A DNA stretch of 64,000 nucleotides, from the NCBI GenBank assembly GCA_964487045.1, contig CAZAOT010000004.1, positions 6,605-70,604 of the forward strand, written 5' to 3'. Source of the stretch: an uncultured Candidatus Saccharibacteria bacterium (lineage in GTDB: Bacteria; Patescibacteriota; UBA1384; DTJR01). Each line of letters starts with the position of its first letter. Position 1 is the first letter of the stretch. Below, one piece after another: positions 58,066 to 64,000 of the stretch. The notes beneath the pieces were generated by a model. The model was not told where the DNA came from. It ran no database searches and saw nothing but the letters and a program-made list of their open reading frames with translations. The position numbers and the translations under genes are program-made.

Positions 58066-58533
58066 CTAGATACGACCGCGCATCAAGTGGCGACCGAGGT
58101 TCTCGGGCAAGCCGAATGACCTACTCGAGAACTTCCCTGCGATGAGGTCAGCCTGAACCTCTTCGTCGAGAACCTCGGCACGAACGATCAGCTTGACTGG
58201 CTTCTGACCTTCGTCGTAGATCGGCTCTATCGCCGTCCAGCCATCGGGCAGGAATTCCTGCGTGGCGTTGGCGCTCTTGAAGCGCTCGAAAAGCGCATCG
58301 GTGACGGCAGGAGGCAAGCAATACTCATTGAGCTTGCACACCCCTTCGACGCAGGCGGCGATCGCCGCGTCCATAGAGGCATCACCGAGCGCATCAACTC
58401 TTCGCGCGATCACATGCGCAGCGGCACGTTCATACTTGAGCGAGACTTCCTCGTGACGCGCGACCAGATCCTCGGCACTTACCTCCGCCAGAAGAAGTGC
58501 ATCTTCCAGGATGCGACCGATGGTCTTGTTCAT
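58066..58533 (-). CDS. Hypothetical protein (GC-rich islet)
   Basis: GGAGGG ribosome-binding site. About 55% GC. Confidence 0.4.
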   Translation of the reverse strand: MNKTIGRILEDALLLAEVSAEDLVARHEEVSLKYERAAAHVIARRVDALGDASMDAAIAACVEGVCKLNEYCLPPAVTDALFERFKSANATQEFLPDGWTAIEPIYDEGQKPVKLIVRAEVLDEEVQADLIAGKFSSRSFGLPENLGRHLMRGRI

Positions 58534-58626
58534 GTTCTTACCCTCCGTATTCTCCCTAGCTTAAGCCGGGGTATGTCCAACAAGTAATTGCCTACGTTTC
58601 TTTCTTGGTATACAGCTTGCGAGCGT

Positions 58627-59043
58627 CTAGTCGGAATTCTCAGGCGGGAGCGTGCGCTCGATCGAGGTTGGGCAGACATCGTTACCACTCCTGACCTTGA
58701 CCTCCCAGGCTGGGTAGATGACTTCAACCTCGCAGATATTCTGCACCACCTCGATCAAATCAGCACCGAAATTGATAATCGCCATTTCGGTCACAGCCTG
58801 AGGCAGTGAGCCTTTCTCCTGAGTGACCAAGGCAAGCGTCAGAAGCTTACGCACCTTGGTTACCTGAACCACACACGCAACGTGCGACATCGCCCAGGCC
58901 AGGTGCGTAATCTTAGCCATGAGCATGCTTTTCGGCTCGCCAGCCTCACAGCATGCCTCGAGGTCATCGATGATCTGGCCTAGCGGCTTTTGCTGCCCAG
59001 CAAGATCACCTTGAAGCTTCGAGAGCTCCTCTCGCGGATTCAT
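58627..59043 (-). CDS. Hypothetical protein (GC-rich islet)
   Basis: The start is set at the ATG at 59043 (MNPREEL...), which has a GAGGAGG ribosome-binding site. Its promoter reads TTGATA-17-TAATAT. It diverges from the polymerase operon. Confidence 0.4.
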   Translation of the reverse strand: MNPREELSKLQGDLAGQQKPLGQIIDDLEACCEAGEPKSMLMAKITHLAWAMSHVACVVQVTKVRKLLTLALVTQEKGSLPQAVTEMAIINFGADLIEVVQNICEVEVIYPAWEVKVRSGNDVCPTSIERTLPPENSD

Positions 59044-59143
59044 GAACGTCCTCCTCAGCCTATTTGTAGGGTGCAAGCTTATGGAGCGAATATTACCTTT
59101 TTTAACGCATATTATCAAGGCTTAAATTCAAAAAATATCACTA

Positions 59144-59173
59144 TTGACATGTTCGGGTTTTGTTCGCTAATAT
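59144..59173 (+). promoter_or_regulatory. Sigma70-type promoter (TTGACA, 18-nt spacer, TAATAT). The spacer holds a GTTC-N7-GTTC direct repeat, and the transcript appears leaderless
   Basis: ctaTTGACAtGTTCGggttttGTTCGcTAATATtaaattATG. The -10 element ends 6 nt before the ATG at 59180, and there is no Shine-Dalgarno sequence. Confidence 0.5.
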
Positions 59174-59179
59174 TAAATT

Positions 59180-59428
59180 ATGGATCAAACAGCACTTAAT
59201 GAACCAATCAGTGTCTTAGCCAGCTTCAAGGAAGGCCGGCCCACTCCTCTTATTTTTAAACGTAATGGTCGCAAAACCAGGCTAGAAACAATCGACCTCA
59301 AATACGATTATCAAATTGGCGAGACTAGAGTTTATGCTTTCTCTGCCTCCGCCGGCGGAAACACTTATAAAATTACATTCAACAATAAATCTTTGCAGTG
59401 GATACTGGAAGAAATTGCCTGTGGATAA
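59180..59428 (+). CDS. Small 82-aa protein translationally coupled to the Y-family polymerase (possible polymerase accessory factor)
   Basis: Its stop (TAA at 59426) overlaps the GTG start of the polymerase (tGTGgaTAA). It sits behind its own strong promoter. Confidence 0.45.
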   Translation: MDQTALNEPISVLASFKEGRPTPLIFKRNGRKTRLETIDLKYDYQIGETRVYAFSASAGGNTYKITFNNKSLQWILEEIACG

Positions 59429-60671
59429 TAAAAGAATTATTCTCCATATCGATATGAACTCCTATTTTGCTTCTGTCGAGCAGCAAGCTAGGCCAGTGCT
59501 TAGGGGTAAGCCAATTGGCATTGTCGGCTCGCTAGACAAAAAAAGAACGATCATCGTCGCTGCTTCTTATGAAGCCAAAGCGCTTGGCATCAAAACCGGC
59601 ACTCAACTCTGGGAGGCCAAAAGGCTCTGTCCTCAAATCGAATTAATTTCCGCTGACTGCCAGCGCTATGAAGCAATTACTCGCCAATTTTTAAATATTT
59701 TTATTTCTAAAACTCCCCTCGTTGAGATCTTCTCTATCGACGAAGCCTTTCTTGACGTGACCACTCAAACAAAAAATTTTGAGCAAGCCGAGAAGCTGGC
59801 GCTGCAAATCAAACAAGAAATTAAAGAAACGATTGGGGCAAGTATCCGTTGTTCAATCGGCATCGGCAGCAATAAATTTATTGCCAAACTAGCATCCGAA
59901 GCTAAAAAGCCAGATGGTCTAACGATTGTGCCGCCAGGACAAGAACAAGATTTTGTTGATCAATTTGAGCTTAAAGATGCTTGTGGCATTGGCTTTCGGA
60001 CTGACGCTCATCTTAAAAAGCTTGGGATTAATTCTTTTAGAGATTTACGCGCAAGACCACTAACTGACCTTACCCTTATCTTTCATTCGTACGGACTAAA
60101 ACTCTACCGCATGGCGCGCGGAGAGGATTTTGACAAAATTAAGCCCTACTATGAGCGCGAATTACCTAAAAGTTTTTCCAGAAGCAAAACCCTAAGGCGA
60201 GACGTATTTGATAAAAATGAAATTAAAAATTTTATCATGGCTTTTGCCGCTAATATCGCCGAAGAGCTCAAAAACAAATCACTCTTAGCCACAAACGTTG
60301 GACTCTACCTGCGTTTTAACGATTTTAGAGGATATTCGGCCACGATAAATCTTAAAAAATCTACGAATTTCAGTTTAGACTTCTTTAAGGCCTGCAGTAA
60401 AATGCTTGATAGCATTGAACTTAACAAGCCAGTTAGAAAAGTAGGTATCTGGATCGGCAAACTGCAAAATGATCATGGACAGGAACTTATTTTTAAAGAA
60501 TTATCAAAGCCCGTCAAGCTCGAAAAAATTAGCGAAAAGATCAACCAGAAGCATGGCGACAACCTGGTCTTTAGGGCCAGGCTTGCCGGATTAAATTTCT
60601 TTGGTAAAACACCAAATTACGGATTTACCCCGTTAGAGATTTTTGAAGATATAAAAAAATCTAAGGAGTAG
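59421..60671 (+). CDS. Y-family translesion DNA polymerase (DinB/UmuC-like)
   Basis: (V/M)DNKRIILHIDMNSYFASVEQQ matches the DinB/UmuC N-terminus. Also has SIDEAFLD and GIGSNKFIAKLASEAKKPDG. The start is set at the GTG at 59421; the ORF-finder's ATG at 59316 adds non-homologous residues. Confidence 0.85.
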   Translation: MDNKRIILHIDMNSYFASVEQQARPVLRGKPIGIVGSLDKKRTIIVAASYEAKALGIKTGTQLWEAKRLCPQIELISADCQRYEAITRQFLNIFISKTPLVEIFSIDEAFLDVTTQTKNFEQAEKLALQIKQEIKETIGASIRCSIGIGSNKFIAKLASEAKKPDGLTIVPPGQEQDFVDQFELKDACGIGFRTDAHLKKLGINSFRDLRARPLTDLTLIFHSYGLKLYRMARGEDFDKIKPYYERELPKSFSRSKTLRRDVFDKNEIKNFIMAFAANIAEELKNKSLLATNVGLYLRFNDFRGYSATINLKKSTNFSLDFFKACSKMLDSIELNKPVRKVGIWIGKLQNDHGQELIFKELSKPVKLEKISEKINQKHGDNLVFRARLAGLNFFGKTPNYGFTPLEIFEDIKKSKE

Positions 60672-60704
60672 TATTTAATTGATATTACCGGATCTCTAAC
60701 GGGG
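60628..60704. repeat. Palindromic repeat element, copy C. CCCCGTTAGAGAT and ATCTCTAACGGGG flank a 51-nt interior that spans the polymerase stop codon
   Basis: Read directly. The left inverted repeat encodes TPLEIF within the last 14 codons of the polymerase. Confidence 0.65.
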
Positions 60705-60721
60705 TGAAAGAAAGATTATAA

Positions 60722-60760
60722 AGTTTAAAAAGCAAGGGGCGACCGAAGTCGCCCCAAAGA
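60722..60760 (-). terminator. Rho-independent terminator (GGGGCGAC-cgaa-GTCGCCCC, with a U-run on the minus strand) for the TIM-barrel gene
   Basis: 8-bp GC stem. The minus-strand reading gives the hairpin followed by TTGCTTTTTAAAC. Confidence 0.55.
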
Positions 60761-60774
60761 AGGTGAAAAAGATG

Positions 60775-61620
60775 CTAGGCATCGCGAAGCGCGCTACTGA
60801 CAAACTCAAGCGCTTCAGTCGCATCTTTGATAACTGCATCGAAGCGCTCTTGGGTTGAGAGGGGAAGAAACTTCAGCATGCCTATTTCCGGCGAGTGTTC
60901 CAAAACAACGGGCACCTCCGGATACCAGAAACCGATACAGGCAAGCTGCTCCTTGAGAGGCATGGTACCTCGCCCAGGAACCAGATGGCCTTGCCAGCGT
61001 TTTCCCGGCACGCTATCGCATATGTGAAACTCGGCGATAGGAGCCAGGTTCTCGACATGGTCACAGAACTCCTCCAGAGAGTATCCGCCGGAAGGATGAT
61101 ACTGCGCTAGGTGTTCAACGTCGACAACTATCCCTACGTCATCAACGACAGAGCAAACGCAGCGTAGCGCCCGAGAAAAGCTCTCAAGCAGGTCGCCTTT
61201 GATAAGCGGGTGCGAGAAGAAGTTAGAGTTCTCAACCAGCACACTAAGGTCCTTAAGCTTGCTGATCTCCTCCGACAGCATCAACTCAAGGATGTTCTCG
61301 TGATGCAGAATGATCGGTATCTGGTACTCACGGGCAATTTCGATTCCCGGAGTTCCAAAGAGTGGACCGATCATCAGCTGCCAGAGAATAGCAAACTTGA
61401 CCTCACTTCTAGGTCCGAAACGAAGCCTATTGTACAGACTCCGCCTTGTAACCAGTGGCGATCCATGAAAAGCGACTACTCCGCTATCAATGTCGCTCTC
61501 ATCAAAGGCTCGAAATGGCGTAAGCTCGACGCCATACAGGCCCATCAGTTCTCGTGCAACGCGATGAGCTACATCCTTGTCTCCCCAGCATGCTACATCA
61601 GAAATAGCGATGGCATTCAC
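60775..61620 (-). CDS. Metal-dependent TIM-barrel protein, xylose-isomerase-like / AP-endonuclease-2 superfamily (tentative). About 52% GC
   Basis: Regularly spaced His/Asp/Glu clusters (ILHHENILE, VVDVEH, FHICDS, VLEHSPE) fit this fold. The specific subfamily is unresolved. Confidence 0.3.
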   Translation of the reverse strand: MNAIAISDVACWGDKDVAHRVARELMGLYGVELTPFRAFDESDIDSGVVAFHGSPLVTRRSLYNRLRFGPRSEVKFAILWQLMIGPLFGTPGIEIAREYQIPIILHHENILELMLSEEISKLKDLSVLVENSNFFSHPLIKGDLLESFSRALRCVCSVVDDVGIVVDVEHLAQYHPSGGYSLEEFCDHVENLAPIAEFHICDSVPGKRWQGHLVPGRGTMPLKEQLACIGFWYPEVPVVLEHSPEIGMLKFLPLSTQERFDAVIKDATEALEFVSSALRDA

Positions 61621-61712
61621 ACCATCACCTCCCTCTCAAGGTTCATTGTGATTTACAATCTAAGTAATTTATCAGAGATGCAATAATACGTCAATTGTTT
61701 GTTAACGATAAT

Positions 61713-61823
61713 TTGACAATGTTTTAAAATAGCACTAAAATCTCTCTAATGAGGTGGCACCAAAAACAATCAAAATCACAACAAGCCACCACCATGAGTT
61801 AAGGGCCCGCAAGGGTCTTTTTT
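61713..61823 (+). promoter_or_regulatory. Promoter (TTGACA, 17-nt spacer, TAAAAT), then a leaderless 16-codon leader ORF (MRWHQKQSKSQQATTMS), then an intrinsic terminator (GGCCC-gcaa-GGGTC-TTTTTT). This is a candidate attenuator upstream of the alarmone-hydrolase gene
   Basis: All elements were read directly. The leader ORF runs 61749-61802 and its stop codon abuts the terminator stem. An internal hairpin pairs GGTGGC with GCCACC. Confidence 0.4.
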
Positions 61824-61858
61824 CTTACATCCCGGGTTAGTAGCCCCTTGAAAGGTAG

Positions 61859-62554
61859 GTGAGAGACGTGACGATCATAGCCGAAACGCATCGCGATGCT
61901 CGGGCTGACGCACTCGAACACTTCGACTTCTGGAATCTCAAGCAAGCCGGAAAGTACTCCTTGGCCAGACACTTGGCAGAAAGAGCTCACGAACTCCAGT
62001 ATCGCGCAACCGGAGATCTTTACGTCACTCATGTCTATGGGGTGGCTAAGATCCTGGTTGATGCTGGACTCGAAAGAGATCTGATCACAAGAGTATGCGC
62101 ACTCTTGCATGACACTATCGAGGATTGCGCTCCTGATGATAAGCCTCGATTGAGACGCGTTATCAGAGGGCGCATTGGCCTTGTTCCCTACATGATCGTA
62201 GAGACCCTGACCAAGAAGGACGGCATCGACTATCCGACCCAGATGGTCATCTCGATCAGACGCTACCACCAAATCGGACTTTGGCGCGTGCCACTGATCA
62301 AGCTTGCCGACATCCTGTTCAACCTTTCCACCATCGAGGGCTTCAACGATCTCACCAAGGAGCTTCACCAGTTCGACAAAGCACGGCGTATCCTAGACGA
62401 AGTGATCGTACCCAGTCGCAAGTACATTCCTCGGGTATATCTCGCAGCCTACGATCACCTACTTCAAAGTGTCGAGACTTTGCTTGAACTTAAGCGCCAG
62501 GAGTCGATTGACCGCAATCGCCTTCAAGAGCTACAGCTCCACCTCGCCTACTAG
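61859..62554 (+). CDS. HD-domain small alarmone hydrolase ((p)ppGpp hydrolase, SpoT/Mesh1-like, hydrolase-only)
   Basis: AHELQYRATGDLYVTHVYGVAKILVDAGLERDLITRVCALLHDTIED matches the RelA/SpoT HD hydrolase motifs (H...HD...D). Starts with GTG. About 50% GC. Confidence 0.7.
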   Translation: MRDVTIIAETHRDARADALEHFDFWNLKQAGKYSLARHLAERAHELQYRATGDLYVTHVYGVAKILVDAGLERDLITRVCALLHDTIEDCAPDDKPRLRRVIRGRIGLVPYMIVETLTKKDGIDYPTQMVISIRRYHQIGLWRVPLIKLADILFNLSTIEGFNDLTKELHQFDKARRILDEVIVPSRKYIPRVYLAAYDHLLQSVETLLELKRQESIDRNRLQELQLHLAY

Positions 62555-62561
62555 CCTCTTC

Positions 62562-62595
62562 TTGGCCCCAGCACCCCTGGGGCCAATACTTTTTT
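62562..62595 (+). terminator. Rho-independent terminator (TTGGCCCCAG-caccc-CTGGGGCCAA, then TACTTTTTTG)
   Basis: 10-bp GC-rich stem plus a T6 run, immediately after the hydrolase stop codon. Confidence 0.7.
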
Positions 62596-62728
62596 GCAGT
62601 AGTCTATTGAATAAAAACATTTATTTGTGTATCTTAGTTTTCCCCTAAGGTTTTCTAATCCTTGACAAATATTCCCAATTAGTGACACCAAAGGGTATAA
62701 TGAAAAAAATGAGAGGAGGTGAGCAAAG

Positions 62729-62926
62729 ATGGCAGATGAAGATATGGACGTAGAAGAAAAAGACGAGGAAGTTGAAGAAGAAAAAGAAGGTGAAGAAGAA
62801 GAAGTAGAAGAAGAGGAAGTTGAAGAGGAAGAAGAAGTCGCTGGTGACGAAGACGAGTCCGACGACAACGAAGAAGACGAAGAAGAGGATGAAGAATCCG
62901 ACGACGAGGAAGAAGAAAAAGAATAA
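62729..62926 (+). CDS. 65-aa extremely acidic poly-Glu/Asp protein (candidate DNA-mimic or chaperone-like disordered protein)
   Basis: Strong ribosome-binding site (GAGGAGGTG, 8 nt upstream), a TATAAT box upstream, and a dedicated terminator downstream. 49 of 65 residues (about 75%) are Asp or Glu. Confidence 0.5.
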   Translation: MADEDMDVEEKDEEVEEEKEGEEEEVEEEEVEEEEEVAGDEDESDDNEEDEEEDEESDDEEEEKE

Positions 62927-62941
62927 TTTTATATGAAGAGA

Positions 62942-62966
62942 GGGCCGATAAATCGGCCCTTTCTTG
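62942..62966 (+). terminator. Rho-independent terminator (GGGCCGA-taaa-TCGGCCC, then TTTCTTG)
   Basis: Read directly. Confidence 0.6.
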
Positions 62967-62970
62967 AAAA

Positions 62971-63294
62971 ATGATTATAATCCTTTATTTATTTTTGGCT
63001 ATTTATTATATCTCGATAATAAGAGGGATGTTTTTAGCGGTAGGTAGATCGAAAAAATTGTTTAGATCAGAAAGCTTTTTAATCTATCAAAAGATTTCTC
63101 TTATCGTTGCTATCCTCGCACTAATCTTAAGTTTTTACCTATCTATCAATCTTATTTTGTATTTATTGCTAGCAAATATTGTGATTTTATTCTTGTTTTA
63201 TCTGCAGCCCACACCCAGAACAACCAAATTTATCGCTATTTGTTTTGCTGTGATCCAGATAATTTTTGTAGTTGTATATTTTCTTCAAAAATAA
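62971..63294 (+). CDS. Small polytopic membrane protein (hypothetical)
   Basis: Three or four TM helices. Very AT-rich. Confidence 0.35.
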   Translation: MIIILYLFLAIYYISIIRGMFLAVGRSKKLFRSESFLIYQKISLIVAILALILSFYLSINLILYLLLANIVILFLFYLQPTPRTTKFIAICFAVIQIIFVVVYFLQK

Positions 63295-63328
63295 ATTTAT
63301 GCTAAGATAGATTTAAGAAAGGAGGAGA

Positions 63329-63526
63329 ATGAAGAAATTTGCTCTAGCGTTTGTAATAGTTTTTGCAGTAGCATTGCTCGCAGGATGTAATGCAAAGAAT
63401 AATACTAATTTCGATAATGCCGACACTGCTTCTTTTGATGCAGCAACAGATACAGAGGCACAAGACCCAGGTAATCCACCAATTCCACCTGAACCAACAG
63501 ATGGCTCCACCCAAGCTGCCGAGTGA
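63329..63526 (+). CDS. Small lipoprotein (signal peptide with an LAGC lipobox)
   Basis: AAGGAGG ribosome-binding site and MKKFALAFVIVFAVALLAGC. The mature part is Asp/Thr/Pro-rich. Confidence 0.5.
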   Translation: MKKFALAFVIVFAVALLAGCNAKNNTNFDNADTASFDAATDTEAQDPGNPPIPPEPTDGSTQAAE

Positions 63527-64000
63527 TCCCAAGTCTTCGTGAAGAAAAAGAAATTTGGAAGAATGGCTATAGTTTAATTTGTGGTATAGATGAAGCGGGC
63601 CGTGGCGCAATTGCCGGCCCGCTTGTTTGTGGTGCAGTTATTTTAGATCCTAAAAAAGTTCATAAATATAATGATTCAAAACTATTAAGCAGTAAAAGAA
63701 GAGAAGAACTACATGAAAGGCTTAAGCAAGACAGTATCTGTTTTGCTATTGGCATCGCTTCGGTTGAAGAGATCAACCAGCTTGGAATACAAACAGCGAC
63801 ATTTTTAAGCTACGAGCGCGCTATCAATACCCTAAACCCTAAACCAGATTTTCTATTAATTGATTACTATCGACTTCCTAGGACTCTTCTGCCGCAAAAA
63901 TCAATTACCAAAGGAGATAGAATAAGCCAGTCAATAGCTGCTGCATCTATTCTTGCAAAGGTTACAAGAGATAATTTGCTTACTGAATTATCCAAGGACT
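63523..64000 (+). CDS. rnhB: Ribonuclease HII (5' part; continues past the window end)
   Basis: GIDEAGRGAIAGPLVCGAVIL ... DSKLLS ... GDRISQSIAAASILAK. The GTG start at 63523 overlaps the lipoprotein stop. It is under 60 codons to the window edge in some frames, so it is missing from the ORF track. Confidence 0.85.
   Translation, partial: MIPSLREEKEIWKNGYSLICGIDEAGRGAIAGPLVCGAVILDPKKVHKYNDSKLLSSKRREELHERLKQDSICFAIGIASVEEINQLGIQTATFLSYERAINTLNPKPDFLLIDYYRLPRTLLPQKSITKGDRISQSIAAASILAKVTRDNLLTELSKD

Noticed and set aside
59316-59420. ORF-finder N-terminal extension of the Y-family polymerase (MARLEFML...)
   Set aside because: Homology to DinB/UmuC begins at the GTG at 59421 (MDNKRIILHID). The extension overlaps the upstream small gene in another frame.
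61799-62368. 189-aa minus-strand ORF
   Set aside because: It is antisense to the well-supported HD-domain alarmone hydrolase. It is a high-GC open-frame artefact.
62551-62868. 105-aa poly-Ser ORF
   Set aside because: It is the reverse-complement reading of the GAA/GAT-rich acidic-protein gene. The plus-strand gene has the ribosome-binding site and terminator.
62729-62926. CRISPR array suspected from the short GAA/GAG periodicity
   Set aside because: These are codon-level repeats inside an ORF, with no 25-40-nt direct repeats or spacers. No CRISPR array was seen anywhere in the window.

Overview
This window looks like a low-GC (~35-40%) Patescibacteria/CPR-like bacterial chromosome segment read under the standard genetic code. 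Coordinates 1 to ~39.3 kb are core genome, almost all on the minus strand. They hold leuS (3' end), rpmF, nusB, rnc, a PaaX-like regulator, a D-Ala-D-Ala carboxypeptidase, rbfA, rpsI-rplM, and a tight superoperon running rpoB-rpoC-rpsL-rpsG-fusA-tuf-rpsJ...rplQ (str/S10/spc/alpha). The operon has no L30 and no adk. Its rpoA lacks the alpha-CTD, L24 carries a Thermus-type zinc ribbon, and S14 is Z-type. The same stretch holds rluB, a reduced RNase P RNA, uvrA, bactofilin, infC-rpmI-rplT, lspA, a DksA-like protein, tRNA-Val, lepB, der, pyrG, an Nramp-like transporter and a DUF2207 protein. Coordinates ~44.7 to 64 kb are accessory and patchy. They include five short GC-rich (>=50%) islets carrying ORFans, and a giant 1817-aa soluble ORFan. 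They also hold a DNA-repair/mutagenesis-flavoured set: an MTH1-like NUDIX hydrolase, a Cas4-like Fe-S PD-(D/E)xK nuclease, and a leaderless small protein translationally coupled to a Y-family polymerase behind a promoter with a GTTC-N7-GTTC direct repeat. Near these lie a metal-dependent TIM-barrel protein, a small alarmone hydrolase preceded by a leader-peptide/terminator attenuator, and a 65-aa poly-Asp/Glu protein. Also present are tRNA-Gln with an inverted partial copy of its own 3' end, archaeal-type proS, and the start of rnhB. A previously undescribed palindromic repeat family (CCCGTTAGAGAT ... ATCTCTAACGGG, interiors of 51-87 nt) occurs three times: inside the spc operon between rpsN and rpsH, in the uvrA 5' region, and overlapping the 3' end of the Y-family polymerase. 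No CRISPR array, integrase or transposase was recognised.
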